A stretch of 64,000 nucleotides of DNA from Felis catus. Its lineage: Eukaryota. Position 1 is the first letter of the stretch, and every line of letters starts with the position of its first letter. The notes under the pieces were generated by a model. It searched no databases, was not told the DNA's origin, and saw nothing but the letters and a program-made list of their open reading frames with translations. Shown piece by piece: positions 1 through 12,974 of the stretch. The translations under genes and the position numbers were made by a program. The stretch spans positions 57,600,001 to 57,664,000 of the forward strand of contig NC_058368.1 in the NCBI RefSeq assembly GCF_018350175.1. Reading direction: 5' to 3'.

Positions 1-130
1 AATCCAACAGATGTTAGCTGATAAATGAACAACAGCCTGGCATGATTGCAGTCCTCTAATTACTTCAATCAAGTGTAAAAAGTGCACTAACGTATCTAAA
101 GAAAAAGGCCAGGTATGATCTATTTAAATA

Positions 131-633
131 TCGACAGTCCCTGATTTATAGTGGTTTGCTTTATGATATTTTGACTTTGTAATGGTATGAAAGTGATATA
201 CATCCAGTAGAAACTGTTGCTTGAATGTTGCTCTTTTCCCAGACTATCAATATGTGTTTTGATGCTCTTCATGATGCTGGGCAGCAGCAGTGAGCTGCAA
301 CTCCTAGTCAGCCTTTTGATCACAAGGGTCAACAACCCACACACTGATGACAAGCATTCTGAAGCCATATAACCATTCTGTTTTTCACTTTTCAGTACTG
401 AAATGAGTAAATTACATGAGGTATTTAACAGTTTATGATAAAACAGGCTTTGCACTAAATAATTTTGCCTACCTGTAAGTTTATCTAAGTGTTCTGAGCA
501 TGTTTAAGGTAGGCTAGGCTAAGCTGTGATGTTTGGCGGGTTAGGTGTATTCAATGCATTTTTGTCTTACTATAGTTTCAGCTCCCGATTGGTTTGTTAG
601 GACATAACCCCATTGTAAGTTGAGGAGGATCTG
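131..633 (-). mobile_element. MER47/Tigger5-type non-autonomous Tc1/mariner DNA transposon
   Basis: The right end (...ccccattgtaagttgaggaggatctg) is the reverse complement of the recalled MER47 start CAGATGCTCCTCGACTTACGATGGGG. Internal aggtaggctaggctaagct motif present. TA dinucleotides at 129-130 and 634-635. Confidence 0.85.
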
Positions 634-1099
634 TAATGCATTAGAATTTACATATTGTTTTCTTTTACCAAAGTCATACTTATTTATCATAAATACCTAA
701 TGAGAGAAGTACTATATTCTTATTTTTACTTATGAACTAAGTTTCTTGGAGATATAAATGATACACTAGAGATGCAGAGGACATGGACCTTTAGTCCAAT
801 TTTGGAAGGTGTACTTGTGCATGCATTGGGGTAGGAGGTGGAATCGTGTGCAATATAGTCTTTTAAATTGCCTTCAGAATTGAAATGTTTCTGGGAATTT
901 TACAATGAAAAGCGCATAATAGAATTACGATGCTATGTGGTGAGAGGCATAGAGGTAGGAATGTGCATGGTTGTTTGAGGAGAGACAAGTTGACTGGTGG
1001 GGCTAGGACATATCTGTCTCTTTTTTGTGTTTGCCATGAGACCAGGTATGTATGTGTTACAGCTCTTAGAGCACAGCATAGCCACTCTTCCAGCTCCTT

Positions 1100-1203
1100 C
1101 ACGAGGCTGTACACTCTGTGAACAGGGGTCATGTTTTCCTTCCCTTTATCTCTATTGCCTAGCACAGAGCTATGTACCCATGGTATTTGTTGAATAGATG
1201 ATA
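1100..1203 (+). mobile_element. L2 LINE 3' end fragment
   Basis: gcctagcacagagct...tatttgttgaatagatga resembles the conserved L2 3' terminus. Confidence 0.6.
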
Positions 1204-2449
1204 GAAGCAAGAGATGAAGCTGAAAAAGCAATTTGAGTCAAGGGCAAAGTTTCCCTCTTACAAAGTGATTATGTCAAAGAGTCACATACTTCCCAGTTGT
1301 CTTGATTTAAAAGGAGGCATTCATTTTAAACTTTAAATTAGATCTATGGCTTGAGAATATATTTCCATCAAAATGTAAGACAAGTGTTCAGAACTGTGTC
1401 CCTGCCTATCTTAGAGGATTTTAGTGGATTAACAAGGCTGATGAATTTAGCTCAGTTTTGTTAGGATTCATTACTGATGGAACATGGGAGAATGTAATTT
1501 TCAAAATGATACCACATTAGAGTATACTAGTGCAACTAATAATAGCCTTGGAGGAAGGGAATTACATTTTACCTTCTAATCATTCTTTTTTAAAAAAGAA
1601 CCAAGCTAGAGTTAAAATAAGGTGATTAAAGACCATAATTTTCACTTGGCCTTTTCCAAGGTGTGTGTGTGGGGGGGGGGGGCAGCAGGGAGTGAAGAGC
1701 TATAATAAAACCAAAAAAAACAGAAAATTAACATTATGGCTGATCTCTCCACATAGAATAAGGTAGAAACTTTAGTTTACCAGGAATTTCTGTCTTATAA
1801 TAAAAACAAACATAAAGAATTCACACCAAGGACCAGCAGTTTAATTCATTCTAGGTTAGTAAATAGGACAAGTGGATATTTTAAGCAAAAATACTTAGTC
1901 CCACCAGGTGTGTTTTCCTATCACTCTTGTATATTCCTGTGAAATGACAATATGTTCTCTCCAAGGGTGAGGTATCCTAATGCATCCAAATCAACCCAAG
2001 CAGTTAAGAGTGTACTTAGTCACTGAAGAAAATTTAAGTCGTTATTTTGATTGCATTTAATATATGTAAAGTCAATTAGCTCTCTATGAGAACAGAAAGG
2101 GAATGGCATTGTTAAGTGAAATTCTCAGGTCATTGTGTAATTTCCTTTTAATTAACATAGTCAAGGTCCTTCTAACAAAATATTTAATTTGAGATGTCTC
2201 CATTGTAGATTTAAAAGATCAATGGAAAAAGCAAAGTCATGTGACTGAAAATACAAATGTAATTACAACTCCAAATGAAACGGATCAAAATTGTTCAATT
2301 TTAGAAATTGAGTAACCACTTAATTTGAATATTTCTAAAGTTATTTTTAGATATGCATTATTAAAACTTCTAATATTATAGTTCAAAGATTGTTATAACA
2401 TAATTGTGACCAAAAATATAACTTTCATTTTTAACATACAAAGTAACTG

Positions 2450-3001
2450 GACTGCTGTGTAGGTACTGTACAGATGGAATCAAGGTTGCTAATTAGCTGA
2501 CTTTAAGATAGGAAGATTATCCAGGATAATTCTAGGCTCAGTGCAGTCAATCACAGGATCCTTTAAAGATGACAAATGTAGTAGAGATAGAGAGATTCCA
2601 TGGAAGAAGGAAACAAAGGAGAGGGTGAGGGGAAAGTGGAATAGATTAGAAGCTTGAGAAGAATTCAGCTCACAATTGATGGCACTGAAGGCAGCCAGAT
2701 GTTAGAAAATACAGGTGTCCTTTAGAAGCTGAAAGTGACCCCTAGCCAGTAGTCAGAAAGTAAAATAGAGACATTGGTTCTACAGTGGCAAGGAACTGAA
2801 TCCTGCCAACAACCTGAAAGATTCACCCCACTGACTCCAGAAAGAAATATAACCTTGCTATCTCCTTGATTTCACTTCTGTGATGCTTGGCGAGCCCACC
2901 TGGACTTCTGACAAACAGACATTGTGAGATCATAATTTTGTGTTGTTCTAAGCTACTGAATTGCTGGTGATTTGTTATGGCAACAATAGAAAGTGAAAAC
3001 A
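2450..3001 (+). mobile_element. MaLR solo LTR (MLT1D/E-like)
   Basis: ttgctaattagctgactttaagataggaagattatccagga; ggaactgaatcctgccaacaacctga; 3' end ttgttatggcaacaatagaaagtgaaaaca. Confidence 0.8.
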
Positions 3002-3204
3002 GATACTATTTTATTCTCACATCCACATCTCACATCTCATATATGACCTTATTAAGACTTGTTTAACCATTAAAAATTAGGAAAATCCATATCCCTGTGG
3101 ATAATAAAAAGAAGCCAATGCTGTAGAAAGAGTTAACCCGTTCTTGGATAATTTTTCAGTGTGTCTAACTCTTGTCTGTTTATTTTAAATTGCACAGTCA
3201 GCAT

Positions 3205-3425
3205 TTTAGCAACAGAGACCTGGGTTAAACCCTAAATTCTGCTATTGATATCACTAAGTGACCTTGGACAAGATGCAGAGCCTAATATGCAGTTTTCTCA
3301 TTTGTAAAATGAAGAATGATAATAACTCTTTCACTGAATTGTTAGAAGGATTAAGTTAATGAATAGACATACAGTGATTAGCACTATGCCCACCATGCAG
3401 TAATCTAAACATTTAATAAATATTT
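3205..3425 (+). mobile_element. MIR SINE
   Basis: MIR core gtgaccttggacaag...cagttttctcatttgtaaaatgaagaatgataata. Confidence 0.8.
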
Positions 3426-4204
3426 TTAGAAAAATAGTAACAATCATTATTTGATAAAATCCAACTAGGCTATGAAATTCATTTTTCTACTGTCCTCTTA
3501 CTATTGTTTATATAGTTCAATAATTTTACATAATTGTAAACACAGTACATATTTCTGCATTTTTTTTCACTTACTAGGTTCCTTTATACCCTTTACAAAT
3601 TATGGACAAAACCCTTTCTTTCCAAGTTCCTAACTGTCACATGGACAAGATAACTCCAATCTGTAGTAAAAAAAAAATCTGTGATAAACATCTCTAAACA
3701 TATACCACTCTCTAACCTTTGAAATTATATCCTAAAGGTAAGTCGCTAGTAGAATTTACGTCTTTAAAATATAATGCTTGATTGTTTCCCCTTGTGAGAT
3801 GAATAATATTGATGAAATCCTCCCTAAATTATATATAATTTATATTTTCCCATAAGTATGGGCTTTATTTATTTTACATGAAATCACTTATTCTTTGTAT
3901 TCTAGCATAACATTTATATTGTAAACTTTAGATTATTTATAATTTTCCTATATATTTGTATATTTATACATAAGCTTTTTAGCACAATTATATTAGTTTT
4001 ACCAAGTCTATTTTTACTTTCTCAGTTACTTTTCACTTTGTGCAGGTTTTACAGCTTTGTATAATCCAATTAGTATACCTCTTGTCTGTGATTTAACTGT
4101 TTCAACATTTAGACAATTATTACTGTCACAATATTAATCCAATTAGACTTGAATTTTATTTTCTGTTGTTCTAAGTTTATCTTGCATCTGTTTATATGAC
4201 TCTA

Positions 4205-4315
4205 ATCAGTTTTAATAGAACTTGTTTCAGTGATGGGAAAGTTCTGTGTCTGCACCCTCAAATATGTAATCAATAATCAAATGAGGCTATTGAGCATTTA
4301 AAATGAGAATAATAC
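4205..4315 (+). mobile_element. MER3/MER33-like hAT-Charlie MITE fragment
   Basis: aatagaacttgtttcagtgatgggaaagttctgtgtctgc...ggctattgagcattt matches the recalled MER3 5' half. Confidence 0.65.
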
Positions 4316-4972
4316 CCTTGTGTTAAAACTCTTGGTCTAAATAACACTTGCAATGAATACATATTTTAAAAATATGTGATTTGTATTTTATGATAACAAT
4401 GACATAATTCATTTTCCCTTTTTGAGTAAGGAAGAATGTTATATAGGGCTGGTCACATCTAAAATTATATAGTTGAGGTTTATATTGATTGCTAAAATTC
4501 TAGCTTTTTTCTTCATTCCTCTGTCATCTACTAGAATATCCAATGTGTCTTTTATTGATCTACATGAGATGAGTGCTGTCATTTACGATATATATTGCAA
4601 TTTATCAATATGAAAGTATGTGTGCTTCATAATTATGAATATATATTGTTCATATACATGAACATATGAAGTGGGCATCACACATGAAATCCATAATGAA
4701 GAATACCCGGTCATATATATTTCAAGAAGGTGGACCAGAAAAATGTTTCAATAGGAGAACAATATGCACATCTAATCTCTTATATCAGGAGATAAATCCT
4801 GTGAATGATCCTACTAATTATAATGAGCCAATAATCAGACACAGGAAGATAAAATACAGAATGAGCAGGGATATCTCATCTTTAAAACTAAGTATCCTAG
4901 CTTCTACCCTTTCCTTTGACTAAGTAAGCCTTAACAGCCTCCTCAGCTTAACTGAACTTCAGCTTCATTTTG

Positions 4973-5188
4973 TTTTTTTTTTAATGTTTATTTATTTTGA
5001 GAGTGAGAGAGCATGCACACATGTGTGGCTGAGGGAGTGGCAGAGAGAGGGGAGAGAGAGAATCCCAAGCAAGCTCCACACTGTCAGTGAGGAGCCCAAC
5101 ATGGGGCTTGATCCAGTGAATAGCAAGAACATGACCTGAACCAAAATCAAGAATCTGATGCTCAACCAATTAAGCCACCTGATGCCCC
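4973..5188 (-). mobile_element. Carnivore SINE (SINEC), older subfamily
   Basis: Poly-T tail, (GA)n tract and reverse-complement tRNA-derived head ending gatgcccc. Confidence 0.92.
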
Positions 5189-5316
5189 AAGGACAAGCAT
5201 CATTTTGAATTAAGGCGTCTGATCTCATCTTTTTCATAGCATTTACTTTAGAAAAATCTTAATTGTAAATTTTCTCTGTCACTTTGTGATATTAATCTAT
5301 TAAAACCTGGTTGCCA

Positions 5317-5971
5317 TATCTTCTTTTATCTATGCATTTATCTATTGATGGACACAGCTTTTCTATAATTTGGATATTGTAAATAATGCTGCTATAAAGA
5401 TATGGGTGCATGTATCCCTTTATTAGTGGGTGGGTTTTTTTTTTTTTTTTTTGGTATGTTTTGGGTAAATACCCGGTAATGCAATTACTGGACCATAGGG
5501 TAGTTCTATTTTTAACGTTTTGAGAAACTTCCATACTGTTTTCCACAGTGGCTGCACCAGTTTGCATTTCTACCAATAGTGCAAAAGGGCTATTTGAAAC
5601 AACATGGATGGGGCTAGAGAGTATAATGCTAAGTGAAATAAGTCAGACAGAGAAAGACAAATACCATGTGGTTTCACTCATATGTGGAATTTAAGAAACA
5701 AAACAAATGTGCAAAGGAGAAACAAAAAAAGAGAGAGACACAAACTAAGAAACAGACTCTTAACTACAGAGAACAAAGTGATGGTTACCAGAGGGGAAGT
5801 GGGTGTGGGAGTGAGTGAATAGGTGATGCAGACGCAAGAGTACACTTGTTCTCAGAAGCACTGGGTAATGTATGATACTGTTGAATCACTGTACTGTATA
5901 CCCAAAACTGATATCACACTGCATGTTGACTGTACTGGAATTAAAATAAAAAAAAAGTAAAGAAAGTGAAA
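5317..5971. mobile_element. 5'-inverted carnivore L1 3' fragment (minus 5317-5590, plus 5591-5971)
   Basis: The left part is antisense L1 ORF2 C-terminus (translated MQTGAATVENSMEV). The right part is sense 3' end with poly-A. Degraded TSD aaaacctggttgccat / aaaagtctgttgccat. Confidence 0.85.
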
Positions 5972-6350
5972 AAAAGTCTGTTGCCATTTTTACAATCTAA
6001 GAAAGTCTTTGTTAGGGACCTGGGAACCATCCTTTTGAGATATAAACTTCAAGGGAGATAGTGTCCCCATCTCCCAGTTTCTATGTAAGAGTAGAAGACT
6101 AACTTCTAACTTTAGTGAACACTTTGCTCCAAGTTGTAAAACTAGCTACTGTCATGAAAATAGGATAATAGCTATTTTTCCTTTAGATGAGCCCAATTAT
6201 CAAACACAAGTGGCTTGTGAGAATCCCAGCCTCATCCACTACCCATCACAACCCAGGGCTTAAAAACTATCCAGTCCTTTGTTTTAGTGAAGTTCAGACT
6301 GAGTTCTGACCTCTTTCCCTTACTGTCTTGAACGAAGTCTTTTGGCCTGT

Positions 6351-6674
6351 TGCTATAGACTTAAAGTGCCCCCTCCCGCCCCCCCCCTACTCAGATTCAC
6401 ACATTGAAACCTAATTCCCAATGTGATGGTATTTGGAGATGGGGTCTTTGAGAGATAATTAGGTCATGAGGATGGCACCCTCATGTACTGCTTCTTCAAG
6501 AGACCCCAAAGAGCTCCCTCACTTCTTCTACCAAGTAGGGACACAGCAGGAAGACTGTCACCTATGAAGCAGAAAGTGGGCCCTTACTAAGCTGCCAGAG
6601 TTTCCATCTTGGATTTCCCAGCCTCCTACTAACAAAATGGTAATTTGTTATTGTAGCATGAATGGACTAAGACA
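6351..6674 (+). mobile_element. MLT1A-type MaLR solo LTR
   Basis: TGCTATAGAC...GACTAAGACA termini with a perfect 5-bp TSD CCTGT (6346-6350, 6675-6679). Confidence 0.9.
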
Positions 6675-6714
6675 CCTGTTTAATTTGTTCAGTACAAGTT
6701 TTGCTTTGAAACTT

Positions 6715-7760
6715 CTTCCAGTATACTTTTAATACATAGTCAACATGATCACATTAAAACCTAAATCAGATCATATCTCTTCTCCACTCAATATCTGAAG
6801 AGTCTTCCCTTTCATTCAGAGTAAAAGTCGAAGTCTGTATGAGACAATAATCTACCAGACCTATTCAGTCTTATGTTCAAACTTATAAACTTTCTGCCTA
6901 AATCATGCCCTCTTCCACCGTATACACAATTCTTTATAGAGGAACATATGAGTCACTTTTGAATACCTCTTCTCCCTGAATTCCCAATATTCAATCAATC
7001 ATTCATGAAATTCTGTCACTTTTACTTCCTGATAGACTCAAACCTGCCCTTATTTCTTTTCATTCACTATTTCCCTCCTGTACAACTAAGGTATACTCTG
7101 CCTAAATGACTGTAGTAGCCTTTGAATCCTCTCTTTCAATACTACCTGGTTCACTGCCTTTCACTCTCCATTGTTAATAGAGTGTAGGGGTAGCTGGGAT
7201 GAAATTTTACAAACAGAAATCTGGTCATGCCAGTCATGTGTAAAGCCCTTTTGTACCTTTCCATTACTATTTCTATAATTCTTAAATTCTAGCAAATAAC
7301 CTATAATGTCACCTTTGATGATCTCACCTCTGATCACCTATCTTCCTCTCCCACTATTCTCTGGGCTCCGGCTCCTGTTCATCTCAAAGTCCTTGCTGTT
7401 ACTCTAAGTCTATCCATTTCCCTATGCCTACCTTCAAATCTTCAAACACTCAAGTTAACAGCACCTTAACTGGCTAATTTCCAATTATCTCTTTTTTCTC
7501 AGCTCAGATATAACTTCCCCAGAAATATTATCTCCAGTCTGTCTTGACCAGGTCATTTCCATCTACTATTTGCTTGCATAATCCCCATCTCTCATAGTAC
7601 TTTTTTCTATTACTTATTACATATTGCCATGATAATTTATTGTGTATTTAACATCTATTTAATAAGTTAGTAACCTATAAAAACATGAAGAGGGGTTGTG
7701 ATTATTTTGCTAAACATTTTATCCCACAGTATGCTTTCAAGTAGTAATTGAATAAGTGCA
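6715..7760 (+). mobile_element. L2 LINE fragments
   Basis: aaatcagatcatatctcttctcc, aaatctggtcatgcc and pyrimidine-rich sequence typical of the L2 3' region. Confidence 0.65.
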
Positions 7761-9317
7761 TCTCCATTAATTTCTACTTAAAATTTAAATTTTCTATTAA
7801 GGTGCCTGCAATTTATTCTCCATTCATTTTTTTGACCCATTTTTTCCTCCTGCATTTCATCTCCATTCTTAGGGTGTGGGTGTAACCTGATAGCAAGACC
7901 ATGTGGGACAACTGCAGGAGGTGTCACATCCAGTCTTCCATTCTAGACTGAAGAGTCCTTTATTCCTTCTGGTCCTTGGAAATTGATATCATCAGACTGG
8001 TGCTTGCTGAGGCAGCCATTATTTATCTCCATGAGGCTAGTACCACTTGAAGATATGGGACATTTTTGCTTACTTCAGGTTCTTTTGCAGCACAAATATC
8101 ATGGACAGTTGTCTTTTCTGCACAATCTCATTCTCCAACTGTATGACCCCTGTGAGTTCTTTACCTCCCCAGGGCTTTGCCTTGAAAATGAATTGCAGAA
8201 CCATTTTATTCATGTACCGTTATCTCTATTTTGTTTTTGTCATGACTGGAAAATAATTTCCTAGTTTCTAAGGCAATGATCACTTGTGCACATGCGCTCT
8301 CCCACTCAGTGAATTAATTAAATTAAGAGTAACTATTTCCACAATACCATTTTACCATAATATCCATGAAGGAGACTGCAAACCTTTTTAAAAACTTCTT
8401 TATTCTTGATTCCTTCCCTGAAGGAATTAGTGAAACTGAGAAAGAAACTAATGCTAAATGGGGGGAGTTGAGAATACATGCAGTGGGGAAAAAATAATCA
8501 TGAAGGGAAATGACAACTTCATCCTGCTACCTATTTATACTAAGTACTAGACAACCCATGGTATTACAACATTTTATTACTAGAAAGAAAACATTAATTT
8601 GCATGCAATTAAAGAAAAATTCTGTCCACTGACTTTAGTAGGTCTCTAATATTGGACACTATCATTAGAAAATGTAAAATTTAGAAAGGAATAAGAACTG
8701 ACACTTAAGCTTTGAGCTGCCTTCCTGTTTTTCAAACAGAAACCTATTTTAGTTTTAGCAAATTACCACTTTGTCTTTAAAAAAAAAGAACACCAAAAAA
8801 CAAAATAAACAAACAAAAACACTCTAATGGGCCTCCGTCCTATTCAAAGATAAATTAAAGATTCCATTATGACAAGTAGAGTTTCAAGACAATAAACACT
8901 TAAATCACTCTGCATAATAAAGCATTTTCTTCATTGTGGAATTATTTTTTCTTTGCAATTCATGTATCTCCTATCAAAAGTTATCCAGAGTAAAGTTGAA
9001 GGAGCCACTGGACAATGGCAAAGAATGAAAAAGGAGTCACCTCAGGCCAGATGAAATTTAGAGGAGAATGCACTTGCATGACACTCAGCCCAAAGTGGTG
9101 TTCCGTGCTGACATGTCTCAGACTTTGCAATAGGACAAACATTTTATAATATAAATGAGAAGGATAAATAATTTTAATAGATTATTCTGGTTGTCATGGC
9201 AGAGGGCATTGGCAGAGGCTGGTCAAATTAAAAGAATGAATAAGGGATAGAACTTCTTTTGCCCGAGAAGAACAGACATTCCAATTTCCATCCTGAAAGG
9301 AAATGATCTACGGATGG

Positions 9318-9698
9318 TGTTAAGGGCTAAACTGTGTCCCCCCCAGAAGCCTTACCCTCCCATGTGATGCTATTTGGAGATTTGGAGATGAGGTCTTTGG
9401 GTTTAGATGAGGTTATAAAGGACCTCATTGTAGGATTAGTTCTTTCACAAAACTGATACCAGAGAACTTGTTCTCTCTCCCCCCACCTTCCCTTCACCCC
9501 CTATCCCCCCAACAAGTGAAGACAAGTGAGAAGGCTGGAGTCTATATGCTGGGAAGACAGTGCTCAGCACAAACTAACCATACTGATTTCTTGGATCTTG
9601 GACTTCCAGCCTCCAGAACTGTAAGAAAATAATTTTCTATTGTCTCTGCCACCCAGTTTTGGTAGATATTTTGCCATGGCAGCCCAGGTGGTGTGACA
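9318..9698 (+). mobile_element. MLT1A-type MaLR solo LTR
   Basis: tgttaagggctaaactgtgtcccc start; gatcttggacttccagcctccagaactgtaaga; near-TSD gatgg/catgg. Confidence 0.88.
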
Positions 9699-11062
9699 CA
9701 TGGATTGTGAGGTTTGAACTGGAGGACCCAGTCGAAGAGAGAGATAAGAATGAGATAATGTTCTCCATTATTCAAAAGAACAAGGAAAACCTATGTAGGG
9801 ACCAGAGACTGGGGAGATATGGGACTGGTAGGAGAGAAACTTCATCAAAGGAGTCTAAATATGTGTGACTATGTGTGTGTGGTATTGTAATTCATTTACA
9901 AGCCTTTTGTAAAGTCTCATTAATGTGACACATTTTACAAATGTTGTGGGGAATAAATGGAGTGTCCAATTTTAAATATACTGTGAAAGTCAGCACCTTG
10001 GAGAGTTAGGGGAGGAAAGGAAACACATATTGCAAATGTGTTCACTAGCTGGCAAATACAAGATTGTTGGCTGAGGCAGAATCTGAATCTCAGGTCAATT
10101 CACGTTACATACACTCATCATGAACTTACTGGCAAACATGAGACAAACCTGGAAAATGACTAGATTTTCTGTCGACAAGTGAAATGAGATAAGAAGACTG
10201 ATAACTGAAAGCTGAAGAAGCCAAGAATTTCTGGAACAACAGGCGATGATCTCATTATTTCAGATCCATCAAACATTCTATCCATGAAGAAGGAGAAGCA
10301 ACCCATCCTTGGCATTGCTCCCTGACTCACATCATGAGCTTAAACTTCCTAGTTTGGCCTTCTTTCATCTGATCTATAACATTGCCACCTAAGTATTATT
10401 TTAACAATAGTGGCCTTTTTCCCCCTATTGATAGCATTTTATTTCTTAGCCAAATGAATTGTTAAAAATAGATAACCATGGAGTAACAAGAAGTTCACAG
10501 ATTTCAGGATTATTTTGAGCTGTAGTAACTGGCCAAGCCAGGAAAGACTGTCTGACACTATGTTAATACAAATGCAAATGACAGTGCAATTCCATTAATA
10601 TATAGAATACATAATATGTAAACAAAGAGTAGATAGACTGAAAATGTGCAGTCAGAAATAATGAATAATTCAAGAAAATGACAATATTGTATGAAGAATT
10701 TGGGGAACAGCAATGAAATTTTCAAGGAAATGTTCATTCAATTCCAGAAAAAATAAAAGAAACAAACAAACAAACAGGCAGCTGTCATGAAGCCATGAAG
10801 TATACTTTTCCCTACAAACATTTTTCTTTGGCCATGGAACATTTGGAGTAAGAGTCATATTCTAATTCTCCTTTTGACAATTCATTTCTCTCTTACTGGA
10901 GGGAATAAACAGAATTTGTCAAACTTACTGGACTGATTCCATGCCTTTATTCTAAAGCCATGTCTAGAAGAACAATTGCTAATGCAGGAGAAACATGTTT
11001 AGTCAAGTTAGACATATTCCCATAATACACTAATTTAGACTAACTATAAAAGAGATTTCAAA

Positions 11063-11098
11063 AGAGAGAGAGAGAGAGAGACAGAGAGAGAGAGAGAG
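11063..11098. repeat. (AG)n microsatellite
   Basis: Seen directly. Confidence 0.9.
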
Positions 11099-11192
11099 TT
11101 TTCAAGCCTGACAGCCAGTATGGATCAATGCCATTATTATATTTCTGACTGATAAAAATTTCTCACTGAGGTTATATGATCCATAATATTTT

Positions 11193-11412
11193 TTTTTTTA
11201 ATTTTTTTTCAACGTTTACTTATCCTTGGGACAGAGAGAGACAGAGCATGAACGGGGGAGGGCCAGAGAGAGAGGGAGACACAGAATTGGAAACAGGCTC
11301 CAGGCTCTGAGCCATCAGCCCAGAGCCTGACGCGGGGCTCGAACTCCCGGACCGCGAGATCGTGACCTGGCTGAAGTCGGACGCTCAACCGACTGCGCCA
11401 CCCAGGCGCCCC
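11193..11412 (-). mobile_element. Young feline SINE (SINEC_Fc-type)
   Basis: Near-consensus and CpG-rich; TSD ccataatatttt on both sides. Confidence 0.97.
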
Positions 11413-11881
11413 CCATAATATTTTAAACAAATTAACATTACAGGCAATGATAAATTCAAAAAGAACACCTAGATTGCAGGCAAAAAAACATGTATTTATT
11501 TGGATTTTAAATAAACAATAATATACCTGACATTACATATCTGTTTTTCAATGATAAAATGACATTTAACCAGAAGGTCACATTTCTTAAACTTATTGAA
11601 GCAATTTGATGAAAGAAAAAGATATTAATGTAAAACTGGCAACATTTTATTGTCTTCTGTAAAAAAAGGAAGAAATACAACTTTCATAATACACTAAGAT
11701 TTCTAAAAAATATTCTAAAAGGAATAACATATTAGACCAAAAATTTTTAAATACTATATTAAAATGTATTAAAATTGCAAAATAATGTGATAAAACAGAA
11801 AAAAAATTAAATTGATTTCATCATAGTGGTACAGAAGTTTGGTGTTGGTGTAGAAGCTTCTAATAAAATATAATTAAGTCA

Positions 11882-12094
11882 GGGGCCCTGGGTGACTCAG
11901 CTGGTTAAGTGTCCAACCTCCCCTCAGGTCATTATCTTGCGGCTCATGGGTTCGAGCCCTGCATCAGGCTCTGTGTTGACAGCTCAGAGCCTGGAGCCTA
12001 CTTCAGATTTTGTGTCTCCTGTCTCTCTCTGCCCTTCTCTCTCTTGTGCTCTCTCTCTCTCAAAAATAAACACTAAAATAATAATAATAAAAAA
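11882..12094 (+). mobile_element. Feliform SINE (SINEC)
   Basis: ggggccctgggtgactcag head, (CT)n tract, A-rich tail. Confidence 0.95.
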
Positions 12095-12149
12095 TACATT
12101 GGTCAACATTTAAGAAATTAGATAAAATCACACAATAAGATCACTCAGT

Positions 12150-12270
12150 AAGGAATGGAGTTTACAGATGAACATAATAAAGGTCAGAGAGGTGTCCCAT
12201 GCTAAGGGCATATATATTCCAAGTGATGATGTCAGGTTTATAACTGTAGATTTCTTCTTAAATTTCACCT
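12150..12270 (-). mobile_element. MIR fragment
   Basis: tttacagatgaa...aggtcagagagg is the antisense MIR core. Confidence 0.5.
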
Positions 12271-12364
12271 TCCTTATCATACATCATTGTGTGTTCAACA
12301 GTGGGCATTTAAAAATACTATTTGCTTAATTCCATGTTTGTTTTATTGTGCCCCAATTGCTTTA

Positions 12365-12475
12365 AGACTAACAGCTTGAAAATGCAGACTACATTTCGTG
12401 CTCTATTCAACCATCCATACCGTCCAAGATTCTGGGCTCATAGAAAGGGCTCAACAAATATGTGCTGGAATAAAA
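12365..12475 (+). mobile_element. L2 3' end fragment
   Basis: ggctcatagaaagggctcaacaaatatgtgctggaata. Confidence 0.55.
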
Positions 12476-12974
12476 TTTAGAGGAAGCATAGCTTAAGGAA
12501 ATCATTGAAAGCATTAGAAAATTTTATACTAAGAATGTTATAACAGAGCTGTGATGAAACAGAACATCCAAGTAAATGTGTTTATGAATTTAATGCATTT
12601 GGAAAGAATAGTACAATGAGGAAAACTAGTACAAATGAAGAAAATGGAATTGTTCTAATAGGCAACTATGAGCCCTTGTAAAATTTATAGAGAAATTTGA
12701 CTTATTTATGTTTCCTTCTGCTATAGTAAGTATACTGTCTAAAGTTATTGCTGTGTAGTCAGGTTTGAGCAAAGAGTGGAAAAATCTCACCTCTCTTTTG
12801 AATCTGAACTAAACTGGTCCATTATATAATCAAAGCAGTTCTAGTCATGAAGAAAAACATCAAGGCCGGAAAGGCTGCATGAGAGGGGACAAAATCGGAG
12901 AAAAAAAATAATAGGCACTTTTGCAGGCTTACAGTAAGCCCAACAGTGATCCAATCATTAAGAATTAAATCAGC

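Larger units (their letters stand above)
4917..6711 (+). mobile_element. MER67-like ERV1 solo LTR, interrupted by a SINE, an L1 and an MLT1A LTR
   Basis: Starts TGACTAAG. agcatttactttagaaaa and ggacctgggaaccatccttttga...agatagtgtccccatctcccagt match the recalled MER67 consensus. Segments rejoin once the inserts are removed. Confidence 0.7.

Noticed and set aside
4625..4672. Small AT-rich palindromes (ttcataattatgaa, tgttcat...atgaaca)
   Set aside because: Expected by chance in very AT-rich DNA.
7930..7990. L3/CR1 fragment (minus-strand ggactcttcagtctagaa)
   Set aside because: Single short match without supporting flanking similarity.
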